Source of the DNA: an uncultured Candidatus Micrarchaeota archaeon
GTDB lineage: Archaea > Micrarchaeota > Micrarchaeia > Burarchaeales > Fermentimicrarchaeaceae
Assembly (NCBI GenBank): GCA_963760615.1
Contig: CAVXDX010000004.1
Span: 64,001 to 128,000, forward strand
Reading direction: 5' to 3'
Length of the DNA: 64,000 bases
The position numbers and the translations under genes are program-made. The notes beneath the pieces were generated by a model. That model saw only the letters and a list, made by a program, of their open reading frames with translations. It was not told where the DNA came from and made no database searches. Shown here piece after piece: positions 28,107 through 38,088 of this stretch; positions within the stretch are counted from its first letter, which is position 1, and every line of letters begins with the position of its first letter.

Positions 28107-29129
28107 CTACCAGTATACGCTCCACACAGCCAGGGCACCGAATAATGCTTGGAAAGCCAAAAGTATAACAACAAGCTGCTTCTCTGTCGGGTGAATCGTC
28201 TTCATGAGCACGTGGGTGAGGGAGTATACCTTTCCGTTGTAATGCAGCCTGCCGTTTTTGCCAACTCTCCCAAAGTTCTCAGCCGAGAAGCCGGAGCTCC
28301 TCGCCTTTAGGAGGAACTCAATTATCTGCGGAGTCAGGCTTATCACCCCAATCCTCTCCATATTCCCGGTCACGACCGCAGCAACTACAGTTGCGCCTAT
28401 CATGTAAGTCGCAATATTCCCAGGGAATACCCTTGCAGGATACCAGTTGAAGAACAGGAATGCAAGGCATGCACCAAACAGTGCAATCATGAGGAAGCTC
28501 GCCTCTGCAGTGTGCAGCCCCATGCTTCCAAGCAGAATGCTTGCTGTGAATATGGAGAAGGAGATGATGGCGCCAGCACCGGCCTCTAGCCCGTTGAATC
28601 CCGCAAGCAGGTTCACGAGGTTCGAGCATGCTATGACTCCAATGGGTATAAGCAAGAGGGAGTACAGGCTTATATCCATAGGCCCTAGCAATGGAAAATA
28701 GTAAACACCGAGGTTGAAGTTCACTGTGAAGAAGATGAAGTTCATGGTTGACATACCTGCTTTGGTAACCATGAGGGGAATTGCCGCGAAGAGGGGAAGC
28801 AGAACCCTGTACCTGTCGGGCACATCAAGTATGTCGTCAAGAAGACCCATCACAGCTATTAGCGTTATCGAGCATATGGCGGCAAGCATGTATTCATGGT
28901 TGATGCCCTTAGAGTAGAGCTGCAGGGAGAGGAGGACAGCTATAGAGAAGCCCAGCAGAATGGCAACCCCACCGATCTTAGGTATTTGGGGTCTGTCCGC
29001 CTTGTTCGCATCCGCCCCAGTTATCCCCTGCTCCTTACTCCTCCTTGCAACCTTTGGCGTTATGAAATACACAACAATAAAGCTCACAAGGAAGACAATT
29101 GCGCATGCAGGAATGAGTTCTATGTTCAT
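28107..29129 (-). CDS. aglH: UDP-GlcNAc:dolichol-phosphate GlcNAc-1-P transferase (GT4/MraY family)
   Basis: IPKIGG, GLLDD, NLVNLLAGFNGLEAG, FNWYPARVFPGN. Confidence 0.85.
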   Translation of the reverse strand: MNIELIPACAIVFLVSFIVVYFITPKVARRSKEQGITGADANKADRPQIPKIGGVAILLGFSIAVLLSLQLYSKGINHEYMLAAICSITLIAVMGLLDDILDVPDRYRVLLPLFAAIPLMVTKAGMSTMNFIFFTVNFNLGVYYFPLLGPMDISLYSLLLIPIGVIACSNLVNLLAGFNGLEAGAGAIISFSIFTASILLGSMGLHTAEASFLMIALFGACLAFLFFNWYPARVFPGNIATYMIGATVVAAVVTGNMERIGVISLTPQIIEFLLKARSSGFSAENFGRVGKNGRLHYNGKVYSLTHVLMKTIHPTEKQLVVILLAFQALFGALAVWSVYW

Positions 29130-30907
29130 TTGACTGCCTCGTATACCTTTATCTCACCGCTGTCTGAATTATAAACCAGCTTCAGCCCGTCTACCTGTTC
29201 GAAGAACAGCTTGAAAAGGTTCACCTTGTAGTTGTCCTGAGGGTATACGAGCCTACCGCTCCCAAGCATCAGGAAATTCTTAAGCGAAACCAGCCTGGCG
29301 CTCCCATCCCTTGTCACAACTCTCACGTTCCCCTGAACTGGGTTACCGCTGAGGGGGTCAATCTGCATGTAGGCAACTGCGCCATCCCCTGCCACGAATA
29401 TGGCGTACAGATTCCCATTATTATCCTTGGCAGATCCGTAGAATCTGAAGGACTCAATCCTAACCCTTGTGTTGTTTGCCGCTGCCTTGAGAACCTCAAT
29501 ATTGTCAAACAGCGAACTGTCAACCACCAGGTGGGTAACATTCCTCTCCTTCAAAAATTCTGTGGATTCATTAGAGAGAATGAAACGCGCGAATTCGGTG
29601 TCATTTGAATAGCTCCTCCTACCTGTTGTGAACTCAAGCATGGGTGAAACCCCGAATGCCCACAGGGTTGCATTCTCCGGCAGGTTGTCCGCAGTCCAGT
29701 TCATCAGCTCGTCAGCCCCCGTTCCAGTAATATCCTGCCGCTGTGACACGCTTATCATGGCTGCGCTTACAGAAGAGAAGAGGAAGAGCGCCATGACCGA
29801 GAATGCAATGTACGCGACAACTCTCCTTTCGCGGTACAGCGAAGCTATGAAAACAGAAGTCAGTGCAACTCCTGCGGAAGCAATCAGCGACTGGGTCGTT
29901 TCAAGAAAGTTCACGGAGAACAGAAATGAAACGAAGAAGAGAGTGCCTGCGAATAGGGCTAGCGCAAGATACTCATTCTTCAGCTCAAGCAACTCATTTA
30001 TGGCGAATGCTGAGAACAGTGCAATGCCAAATGCTGCTGGGAAGTAATTGAAGGGCACCACCGGCAGGGAGAGGATGAAGATGAATGCAGCGAATACTCC
30101 AAACTCGCTCCTTCTCCTATGCTTCCCGGCAATCCATGAAAGAAATGCAAATGCACCTACAAGGGCAAGGGGCGCGCCAAGGAAGTATGCCACGAAGTTT
30201 GTTGTTTTCATACTGCCAAAAACATTCTCTTGGGGGACGGTGAAATAGACAAGAAGGAAAGTCGTGAGTGTTGCCACAACTCCGTGGGCAAGAGCCTCAT
30301 CGAACTTCCTCCTCCAGCTGTAAAGCAGCTGGGCAAGGAGTGAGAGCAGGAAGACTCCAATCATGATAAACCCAACCTGCCAGCTCATCCCGGATATGAG
30401 GAAAAGCACTGCCGAAGCAAGCAGGAAAAGGTAGTTCCTCCTGCTGTAGAACATAAAGAAGGCGGAGCATGCCAGCGTGAAGAGGCACATCCCCAGAGCG
30501 TCTGCATAATACGTACCGGAGCCCATAATGAAGATGAAGGGTTGGGAAGATGCCAGAAGAATGGCACCTCCTGCAGCTGCTATATCCGAGAACATGCTCT
30601 TCAGCATGAAGTAGAATGATGCAATAGAGAGAAGCGAGAAAATTATGGGAAGAGCTTTTGCTATGCTGAGCATGAGGTTCGCGTTGAATTCCGTGCTTCC
30701 CGAGCTTAGAATTTGGTATATGAATGCAGTGAGCTGGTACAGCACAGGAGTAGGGCTTGAGAGCTTACCTTCCACTGCATCTTTTGCAAGCAGCAGCTGT
30801 GAATAGGATTCCATATCGAGCAGGTGCGGGTTCATCATACTGTATGCTAACACTGAGAAAGAGAGCACGAGGATGAAGGCTAGTGTAAGTTTCTCATCAT
30901 TTTCCAT
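29126..30907 (-). CDS. STT3/AglB-like membrane protein lacking the WWDYG motif
   Basis: Multi-TM N-terminal domain plus soluble C-terminal domain. MNWTADNLPENATLWAFG...TGRRSY occupies the position of W..ENT...WWDYG...R. Confidence 0.55.
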   Translation of the reverse strand: MENDEKLTLAFILVLSFSVLAYSMMNPHLLDMESYSQLLLAKDAVEGKLSSPTPVLYQLTAFIYQILSSGSTEFNANLMLSIAKALPIIFSLLSIASFYFMLKSMFSDIAAAGGAILLASSQPFIFIMGSGTYYADALGMCLFTLACSAFFMFYSRRNYLFLLASAVLFLISGMSWQVGFIMIGVFLLSLLAQLLYSWRRKFDEALAHGVVATLTTFLLVYFTVPQENVFGSMKTTNFVAYFLGAPLALVGAFAFLSWIAGKHRRRSEFGVFAAFIFILSLPVVPFNYFPAAFGIALFSAFAINELLELKNEYLALALFAGTLFFVSFLFSVNFLETTQSLIASAGVALTSVFIASLYRERRVVAYIAFSVMALFLFSSVSAAMISVSQRQDITGTGADELMNWTADNLPENATLWAFGVSPMLEFTTGRRSYSNDTEFARFILSNESTEFLKERNVTHLVVDSSLFDNIEVLKAAANNTRVRIESFRFYGSAKDNNGNLYAIFVAGDGAVAYMQIDPLSGNPVQGNVRVVTRDGSARLVSLKNFLMLGSGRLVYPQDNYKVNLFKLFFEQVDGLKLVYNSDSGEIKVYEAVK

Positions 30908-30914
30908 GCGAACT

Positions 30915-32132
30915 CTACCCCTTGCCCCTCCCTAGTCTGTCGTGGGCTTTTGCAAGATGTCCTGCAGCCAATGCAGATATTAGGCTAACCTCGCCAGCAA
31001 GAGCTGTTCCGCATGCTATCTCTGCAAACTTCCTGGCGTTGCTTCCAGGTGGTTTCCCAGGGCCGTAGCACCCCATTATCTGCAGCGCCTCCTTCTGCGT
31101 CGGGAGGTTCATCCCCCCTCCCAAAGCACCGCTCTCAATGCTTGGCATAAATATTGAGAAGTAGGCATCATCGCCCTCGTTTTCAACAGATGTTATCGCC
31201 ATGGCGCTGTTCATTATCTGGGCAGGGTCCTGTCCACATGCTATGTACAAAGCAGCAATGGGATTCGCAACATGAGCGTTGAACCCCCCGAGCACGCCAG
31301 CCCTTGCGGAGCCGATGAAATTCTTGCCATAGTTCACTTCCACCATACTTCTGGGAGTTGTTTTTAGCACTTCTTTTGCAACTTTTTTCGAAATAACGAC
31401 ATCCGCGGTGACGCTCCTGCCCCTGCCGAGTATGAAATTGACTGCAGACGGCTTCTTGTCAGTGCACATGTTGCCGCTCAGGGCTATGCACCTTGTATCT
31501 CTATTCTCCTTCTCAATGAACTCGACAACCTTCTCAAGCCCTATGGTTATCATGTTCATTCCCATGGCATCAGAGGTGTCGCACACAAACCTGAGGAATA
31601 CATGCCTGCCTGTTATGAAAGGCTGCACTTCCTTGAGCTTCAGGAACTTGTCCTGCTCCATGAGTTCCTTCAACTTGTAGAAGTTAGTGTTTGCCCAGTC
31701 CCTGAATTTCACTGCGTCAGAGACGTTCCTCACCTTGAAGAGAGGAGCCCTTGTCATGCCCTCGTGCAGCACCCTCACATCACAGCCTCCACTCAGTGTT
31801 ATTGCCCTCATACCTCTGTTGACTGATGCAACCAATGCGCCCTCAGTCGTTGCAAGTGGAACGTAGAATTCTCCCTTTGCGTTTTCTCCATTCACCTTCA
31901 AAGGACCGGCAACTCCGACTGGAACCTGCGTAACCCCTATGGGGTTGTCAATATTCCTGTTCGTTGCAAAGTCCATGTCTATAGAGTACTTGCCCATGTG
32001 CTCCAACTTGCTGTTTGTAAGCTGCTCCAGTGCCTTTCTTCTCACCTCAACAGCCTTCCCTGCATTGGTGAACTTCTGAACATCGTGGAAGCCAACCTCT
32101 CCTTTAACAACCTTTTTTACAAGCTCATCCAT
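30915..32132 (-). CDS. hmgA: HMG-CoA reductase, class I (NADPH)
   Basis: ATTEGALVAS, DAMGMNM, GNMCTDKK, GQDPAQ, catalytic His in KAHDRL. Confidence 0.95.
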   Translation of the reverse strand: MDELVKKVVKGEVGFHDVQKFTNAGKAVEVRRKALEQLTNSKLEHMGKYSIDMDFATNRNIDNPIGVTQVPVGVAGPLKVNGENAKGEFYVPLATTEGALVASVNRGMRAITLSGGCDVRVLHEGMTRAPLFKVRNVSDAVKFRDWANTNFYKLKELMEQDKFLKLKEVQPFITGRHVFLRFVCDTSDAMGMNMITIGLEKVVEFIEKENRDTRCIALSGNMCTDKKPSAVNFILGRGRSVTADVVISKKVAKEVLKTTPRSMVEVNYGKNFIGSARAGVLGGFNAHVANPIAALYIACGQDPAQIMNSAMAITSVENEGDDAYFSIFMPSIESGALGGGMNLPTQKEALQIMGCYGPGKPPGSNARKFAEIACGTALAGEVSLISALAAGHLAKAHDRLGRGKG

Positions 32133-32266
32133 CCAAACACCAGTATAGATTTGTCACTATATTTTTATTAATGTGCTTCTGCAGCTGCCCAACCTCCCTC
32201 ATGCATCTTCTAAACATTGCTCCCATTTTATGTTACACGTAATTATTAAAAGGGCGATATAGATAT

Positions 32267-32983
32267 ATGGCTGAGAAAAACAAGAAACCTGTTGTAGTCG
32301 AGCTTGAGCTTACACACAACTGCTTCTGCACGGATGTCCCTGAGAAGATGAAGGACGGCAAAATAAAGTATATTGCATACACGGGGAGCGGCCCGCACAG
32401 CGTTTACCACCTCTTCGAGGTAAAGGCTCCTGACCTGAACAGGGTCCTTGACAAAATTAGGAGGCATCCCACCGTGAGGCAGGTGCAGATTCTCAGAAAG
32501 TCGGATAACATAGCAGAAATACACGTAGAGAGCGACAAAGACCCCTCTACGGCAAAGGCGCTTCTGGAAAGCAGGTCAATATTCATGGAGCCTGCCGTAT
32601 ATGAGGGGGGCGTTGAGAGAATCGTGGTCATGGCCCCTTCGGATGACAGCTTCAGGCAGTTCGTCGACTCTCTTGACAAGAGCTTCAACGTCAAACTCAA
32701 GTCAAAGCACTACATACGAAAAAACGAGAAGATCTCCTTGGACTTCTTCAGGAACAGCGGTTTCCTCAAGCTGCGCGCTGCAGCGGATTTGATAACAGAC
32801 AAGCAGTTGGAGGCATTCCAGCTTGCATGCAGGTACGGCTATTACGAAGAGCCAAAAAAGACTAGTTTAAAGGAGCTTGCAGAGCTGAGCGGCATAAGCG
32901 AGGCAGCGTTCAGCGAGCTTCTCAGAAAGGCGGAGAGAAAGCTGCTTCCAATTCTGGCAGATGTAATCAAAGTAGTTAAGTAA
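32267..32983 (+). CDS. HTH_10 (bacterio-opsin activator-type) transcription regulator
   Basis: ITDKQLEAFQLACRYGYYEEPKKTSLKELAELSGISEAAFSELLRKAE. Confidence 0.88.
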   Translation: MAEKNKKPVVVELELTHNCFCTDVPEKMKDGKIKYIAYTGSGPHSVYHLFEVKAPDLNRVLDKIRRHPTVRQVQILRKSDNIAEIHVESDKDPSTAKALLESRSIFMEPAVYEGGVERIVVMAPSDDSFRQFVDSLDKSFNVKLKSKHYIRKNEKISLDFFRNSGFLKLRAAADLITDKQLEAFQLACRYGYYEEPKKTSLKELAELSGISEAAFSELLRKAERKLLPILADVIKVVK

Positions 32984-33055
32984 TTCTTATTCTGAACATA
33001 CCAGTGTAGACAAGTATTAACCGTAAATCCAACCTTCACCATAAATATACCCAAG

Positions 33056-34234
33056 GTGAAGGACATGAAGCACATAAAATATCCTCTAGTGGAACCCATG
33101 TTCAAGGGAAGGATGCCCGAGGGATTTGTGAATGACGTCCGCGGGTGGAGCTGCACGAAGAGGGAGGTAGCTGATGCTGCCAAGGAGGGAAAGCTTCTTA
33201 CAATGGACGTAGACATGGATGGTCACGGCAGGTGCAGCCTCAACTGCGGGCACTGTTTCAGGAGGAATAAGAACTTCCACAAGGAGAAAAGGATGGGTAG
33301 GGAGGAGCTTTTCAGACATCTTGCCGAGGCCAAGAAGCTCGGTTTAAGAACTGTTAAGCTCATAGGGCCTGGAGAGCCTCTTGAGGAGCCTGGCCTGATA
33401 AGTTTTCTGGAGAGACTCAATGAGATAGGCATAACCGCGCTGATATTCACAAAAGGCAGGGTTATAGGTGATGATGCAGCCTGTATGGAGATACACAAGA
33501 AGGAAGACGGAAGCGCAATGGATGGGACGGAGCTTGCGACAAAGCTTAAGGAACTCGGAGTGAGCATATTGTTAGGAGCAAGCTCTTTCGACCCAGAGAC
33601 TGAGGACAGAACCGTCGGGAAGACTGGATACCATGCAATGAGGGATGAGGCGATACTGAGGCTCGTGGAGGCCGGGTTCAATGAGTTCATTCCAAACCAG
33701 GCCACAAGACTTGCCTTCATATGCACTCCAGTGACGCCTGCCAACATAGATGAGGTTTTTGGGCTTTACAGATGGGTCAGGGCTAGGCATATACAGCCCA
33801 TCATAGCGCCTACAATGATAGCAGGAAGGGCGCTCGATAACCTTAAACAGCTAGTGCCTTCTAGAGACAAACTGCTTTCAGCTTACACAAAAATAAACGT
33901 CTGGGCGATAGAGCATGGAGTATTCACGCTGGAAGATTTCAAGGAGGATGGCGTTACTCCATACGCAGGAGGTGCACATTGCAACCAGCTTGCCGTGGGT
34001 GTTTTCCTGAGGGGGGATGGGAAGGTTCTGAGGTGCCCTGGCGATGATGTGACGGTACTCGGCAATCTTAATGAGAAAAGTTTCACAGAGATATGGAAGA
34101 ATAGCTATAACCTCAGGAAATACAGAGGGATGTACAATAACGGTTGTCCGCCAAAAGAGGGCAAATCCTTCCCGGATGAATTTTTCAAAGATGTGATGAA
34201 GAACGTAGAGGAGCATTTCTCAAAAACAGTTTAG
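33056..34234 (+). CDS. Radical SAM enzyme with a SPASM/twitch-like C-terminus
   Basis: CSLNCGHC, GPGEPL, CNQ..GVFLRGDGKVLRCPG...GNL..KSFTEIW. Confidence 0.9.
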   Translation: MKDMKHIKYPLVEPMFKGRMPEGFVNDVRGWSCTKREVADAAKEGKLLTMDVDMDGHGRCSLNCGHCFRRNKNFHKEKRMGREELFRHLAEAKKLGLRTVKLIGPGEPLEEPGLISFLERLNEIGITALIFTKGRVIGDDAACMEIHKKEDGSAMDGTELATKLKELGVSILLGASSFDPETEDRTVGKTGYHAMRDEAILRLVEAGFNEFIPNQATRLAFICTPVTPANIDEVFGLYRWVRARHIQPIIAPTMIAGRALDNLKQLVPSRDKLLSAYTKINVWAIEHGVFTLEDFKEDGVTPYAGGAHCNQLAVGVFLRGDGKVLRCPGDDVTVLGNLNEKSFTEIWKNSYNLRKYRGMYNNGCPPKEGKSFPDEFFKDVMKNVEEHFSKTV

Positions 34235-34246
34235 GGAGGGTGGTCT

Positions 34247-35143
34247 GTGATGTTAAAAGAAAAATCTCAGGAAAAAGAATTGGAATGGAAGAGGATACCC
34301 CTTGAGTTAAAAGACGTGGGTAAGGGGAACAAGGAACTTTATGCTAAAACTGGTGGAGGCGATAGCACTATTAGACTAGTGCCTGTGAAAACCGGGATTG
34401 ACGTTATTGAAAATTCTCGCGCCATACATATCGAGAGAGGTTTCAGAAGTCAGCATAAGAGAGAAATTGAACTAGGTTTTCTTACAACGACTACGCATTG
34501 CGACTTTGACGGCAAGATAAGATCGGTCAACTTTGTTTTCTTAAGGGATGAGAATGACAAGACCCCACTAAAAGCCAGTGTGGACTTTGAGAAGGAGAGA
34601 AACAGCAAGTTCTCAAAATTACCAGATGCTATGAAACAACTTCTAAAAGAATACGGTATTCTAGGAGAATATGGTGGTAGCGTAGAAATGGGGTGGAAAA
34701 GTAACACTCTCTTATCTGATGCAGACAAGCGCATAGATTACTTCGAGGAACCTGCCGGGAACTTCTCGGGGTTAGCCCACTCTCAAACTCTGAGTTTCGA
34801 ATTAAGGATGTTTTCAGAACCACAATTGGTTGTCACTGAAACAGTTGTAGCGGGCGGAAAAGATGATTCCTACGGTAATATAATGAGTGCCAGCTTGGTT
34901 AAATCCTATGCAGCCAAAGAGGGTTTCATCGGAACCCATATTGACATAATGTTCCAAAACTCAGTAGGTCAGCCAGAGAAGGTTTTTACTTTCCTTGGAG
35001 AATATGTGTACGCTGATGAAGGAGAAAAAATAAGGCAAATAATCAACAACCCAAAGGCAGCGGAATTCAAGGAAATAGTGGAGAGGAACAGAGAGCTTAT
35101 GAAGATTAAGCCAGACGGCATTCAGTCATCAGGAAGTAGTTGA
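34247..35143 (+). CDS. Hypothetical protein
   Basis: 298-aa ORF 12 bp after the radical SAM gene, GGAGGGTGG upstream; no recognised motif. Confidence 0.7.
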   Translation: MMLKEKSQEKELEWKRIPLELKDVGKGNKELYAKTGGGDSTIRLVPVKTGIDVIENSRAIHIERGFRSQHKREIELGFLTTTTHCDFDGKIRSVNFVFLRDENDKTPLKASVDFEKERNSKFSKLPDAMKQLLKEYGILGEYGGSVEMGWKSNTLLSDADKRIDYFEEPAGNFSGLAHSQTLSFELRMFSEPQLVVTETVVAGGKDDSYGNIMSASLVKSYAAKEGFIGTHIDIMFQNSVGQPEKVFTFLGEYVYADEGEKIRQIINNPKAAEFKEIVERNRELMKIKPDGIQSSGSS

Positions 35144-35315
35144 GATTATGGCAGGAAATAAGTAAACTACAAGAAAACCAGCGCAGGCGCATCGGCACAG
35201 GATGCAATGGATATAAGCTTAAGGGAGGTTGAGAGAACGTTGCAAGAGGCTCTTACAGATATAAGGCTGAAACGCGCCCTTAAAGCTACACCTCCAGATT
35301 CTTGAATAGTATCTT

Positions 35316-36257
35316 TCAGGAGGACTGCTTCGCAACGCCGACAATTCTCAGCCCCTTTGCATTCAGGTCGCACAGAAGCAGTTTCTCCTCCTTTAGGAAT
35401 GCAACCGGTTTTTCGGTTTTTATCGTCCCCATTCCCTTTTCGCCAGGCTTTATCTCATTCCGAATCTCAAGCCTGCATGGCTCGAACTGCAAGCCCGCAC
35501 TTATATGAAGCGCCTCGTCATTCCGAAGCGGCTCTTTGGAGAACTTCAGGGCAGCCAGCTCGCAGGCGAACCTCTCCTCCACACAGATTTTCTCCTTTGA
35601 AAGAACAGTTCCCCGCATTATATCGCCAGGCTTCACATTCTTGAGCGCAAGCCCCACCCTGTCCCAGCAGACTGCAGAAGTGACATCCTCGTCATTCTTC
35701 TGGATGCTCTTCACCTCAATCTCCTTCCCGGATGGGTAGGCGGTTATCCTGTCATGCACTGCTATACCGCCCCGCTTGACAATGCCCAAAGCCACAGTCC
35801 CAACTCCCTTCACCTCAAAGCAGTGGTCTATGTGCACAAGAGTTTCTCCCTCAACGTTTGGGCTCTCCTGCGCAAACAGGAATTCCCGCGCCTCCTTAAT
35901 TTCTGAGAAAATTCTACTGTTTTTCAAAGAAGTCTCTGCAAGCAGAGGCTTCAGGTCAGATGAGCTCAGGAAAACAGCCTTCATGCCAAGCGTGTCAAGG
36001 ACAACAATCATCTCACCAAGCACGGATGAGGGCTTGTCCGCAACCACAAGCGCCATGTCTGAGAGGCACAGCGTCTGGAGTAGAACTGGAAACTTTGCAG
36101 GATACGCGAGAGGGTCTATTGCAGTTATTATCTTTCCCTGGAATACTGTGTGGTAGAATGAGATGTCATCCTCAGTCCCCTTCTTGCCAAGAGCCTGCGC
36201 TGCCGTTGCGCGTCTTTCCGCATCCTCTCCCAACACTGCAATGTTAAGACTCTGCAT
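35316..36257 (-). CDS. SelB/EF-Tu/aIF2-gamma-like protein with a degenerate G domain (MM1309-like)
   Basis: ALGKKGTEDDISFY, IDHCFEVKGVGTVALG, EVKSIQ...DRVGLALKN; no GxxxxGKT. Start moved to ATG 36257. Confidence 0.8.
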   Translation of the reverse strand: MQSLNIAVLGEDAERRATAAQALGKKGTEDDISFYHTVFQGKIITAIDPLAYPAKFPVLLQTLCLSDMALVVADKPSSVLGEMIVVLDTLGMKAVFLSSSDLKPLLAETSLKNSRIFSEIKEAREFLFAQESPNVEGETLVHIDHCFEVKGVGTVALGIVKRGGIAVHDRITAYPSGKEIEVKSIQKNDEDVTSAVCWDRVGLALKNVKPGDIMRGTVLSKEKICVEERFACELAALKFSKEPLRNDEALHISAGLQFEPCRLEIRNEIKPGEKGMGTIKTEKPVAFLKEEKLLLCDLNAKGLRIVGVAKQSS

Positions 36258-36386
36258 GAAATCAACTGAAAGGCATAAATTGAAGAGTTCAAAGTTTAAA
36301 ATCCTGCCGTATCCAGGCAATGTATTATTATATTAGTATTGAGTAATAGCATCACAAATAGCTGATGCTAATTGTGGAGTATTTAA

Positions 36387-37598
36387 ATGAACATTAAATT
36401 TAGTGAGCCTATTTCAAAGGCACTTGCAGAACTAGGCTTCAAAGAACTGACTGAAGTGCAGAAGCAGGCAATACCCTACATATTGCAGGGGGAGGATTTG
36501 ATAGCGCAGGCAAGGACAGGCACCGGCAAGACTGCAGCATTTGCAATTCCTCTTCTTGAGATAATACCTGATAAGCCCTACGTTCAGGCAATTGTGCTAG
36601 CCCCTACAAGAGAACTGGCAATACAGGTTGGGAACGACTTCAAGAAGATAGGCAAGTACTCAAAGGCGCGCGTGCTCGTAGCCTACGGAGGGGTGGGTCT
36701 AGAGCCGCAGATTGAGAAGCTGAGGGCAGGAGTGCAAATTGTCGTCGGCACACCTGGCAGAATTCTTGATTTGATATCCCGTAGGGCGCTGAATCTTTCA
36801 AGAATAGAGTTCTTCGTCATTGATGAGGCAGATGTGATGCTCGCAATGGGTTTCATAAGGGATGTTGAGAGGATACTTATGGAAGTTCCGCAGAAAAGGC
36901 AGATGCTGCTCTTTTGCGTTGACTTCCCTGAGGAGATACTGACGCTTGCCAAGAAGCACATGCGCTACCCTCAGCATGTGAAGCTCATCTCATCAGAGAA
37001 GAGCGCTCAGGGAGTCAAGCAGGTATTCTACATGGTCGAGTCAGGTAGGAAGTTGGGCGCCCTGCTGTTCCTGCTGAGGCAGATAAAGCCGCAGAGGACG
37101 CTCATATTTTGCAGAACGAAGAGAAAGGTTGATGAGCTCACCCGCATACTGAATTACAATGGAATAAAAGCAATGGGCATACAGGGTGACTTGAGTCAGC
37201 CCCAGAGAACTAGGACGATGGATGCATTCAAGGAGGGCTCGATAAGCCTGCTTGTTGCCACCGATGTTGCTTCGAGGGGCATTCAGGTTGAGAAGATTTC
37301 CCATGTGTTCAACTACGAGCTTCCCTATGACATAAACTATTATTTGCACCGCATAGGCAGGACTGGAAGGATGAGTGATGTTGGAGAGGCAATTACGCTC
37401 TGTTATTCCGATGAAATGGGCACTCTTGGGCAAATTGAGAGGCTCATCGGCACAACGCTGGAGGAGAAATTCTTACCCAACAATACGCCTGCCCCTAGGA
37501 TGCCTCCCTATCAAAGCTACCAAGGGCGAGACAGAAACCGTCCCTACGGTCAGAGTAGCTTCGGAGACAGGCGCAGGCCACCGCGTTTCCGCAGGTAA
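36387..37598 (+). CDS. DEAD-box RNA helicase
   Basis: Q motif, AxTGTGKT, PTRELA, TPGR, DEAD, HRIGRTGR; the SAT motif reads CVD. Confidence 0.95.
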   Translation: MNIKFSEPISKALAELGFKELTEVQKQAIPYILQGEDLIAQARTGTGKTAAFAIPLLEIIPDKPYVQAIVLAPTRELAIQVGNDFKKIGKYSKARVLVAYGGVGLEPQIEKLRAGVQIVVGTPGRILDLISRRALNLSRIEFFVIDEADVMLAMGFIRDVERILMEVPQKRQMLLFCVDFPEEILTLAKKHMRYPQHVKLISSEKSAQGVKQVFYMVESGRKLGALLFLLRQIKPQRTLIFCRTKRKVDELTRILNYNGIKAMGIQGDLSQPQRTRTMDAFKEGSISLLVATDVASRGIQVEKISHVFNYELPYDINYYLHRIGRTGRMSDVGEAITLCYSDEMGTLGQIERLIGTTLEEKFLPNNTPAPRMPPYQSYQGRDRNRPYGQSSFGDRRRPPRFRR

Positions 37599-37605
37599 TT
37601 AAATT

Positions 37606-37629
37606 CGAGGAATGACATTCTCGCTTTTT
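37606..37629 (+). terminator. Hairpin plus T-tract after the helicase gene
   Basis: CGAG(G)AAT/ATTCTCG stem followed by TTTTT. Confidence 0.35.
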
Positions 37630-37647
37630 GGAATGCATTATAAAAAA

Positions 37648-37875
37648 TTAAGATTTCTTTGATTTTTTGTATTCTTTAGTAGGCTCTACGGCCTTCAGGA
37701 CAAACCAAGTCCCCAAGGTTACCCCAAGAAACTTCCATGTTTGATTTAGATTTTCAATAAATTTCCAACCGGAGTAATAAGAAATTACCAATGCCAGTGC
37801 AACTGCGGTAATCTCTTTCCAGTAGTTTTTCACTCTAAAATATTCTATCGCAACAGTCATGTATAAACTATCCAT
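37648..37875 (-). CDS. Small two-TM hypothetical protein
   Basis: 75 aa, two hydrophobic segments, Lys-rich tail. Confidence 0.5.
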   Translation of the reverse strand: MDSLYMTVAIEYFRVKNYWKEITAVALALVISYYSGWKFIENLNQTWKFLGVTLGTWFVLKAVEPTKEYKKSKKS

Positions 37876-37920
37876 TACTTGGTATATTAAACTTGCCAGA
37901 ATTAATCAAAATAAATTGAG

Positions 37921-38036
37921 TGGTCAGCAACAATGGGCGTTCCCGCTGCAAAGCAGTACAGGCACCATCGTGAGCGAGCTTAACTTCCGAGTTCGGAATG
38001 GGTTCGGGTGTCTCCCCGCTCCTATGGCCGCTGACC
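37921..38036 (-). rRNA. rrf: 5S rRNA (unlinked)
   Basis: Minus strand GGTCAGCGGCCATAG...CACCCGAACCCATTCCGAACTCGGAAGTTAAGC...GCTGACC with complementary ends. Confidence 0.95.
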
Positions 38037-38088
38037 GACTATAATTATGCCAAATGGTATTTAAAAAGCTTGCTTTTTCTCCATTTGA

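Noticed and set aside
37921-38036. Unlinked 5S rRNA as an anomaly
   Set aside because: 5S genes separate from 16S/23S are common in archaea.
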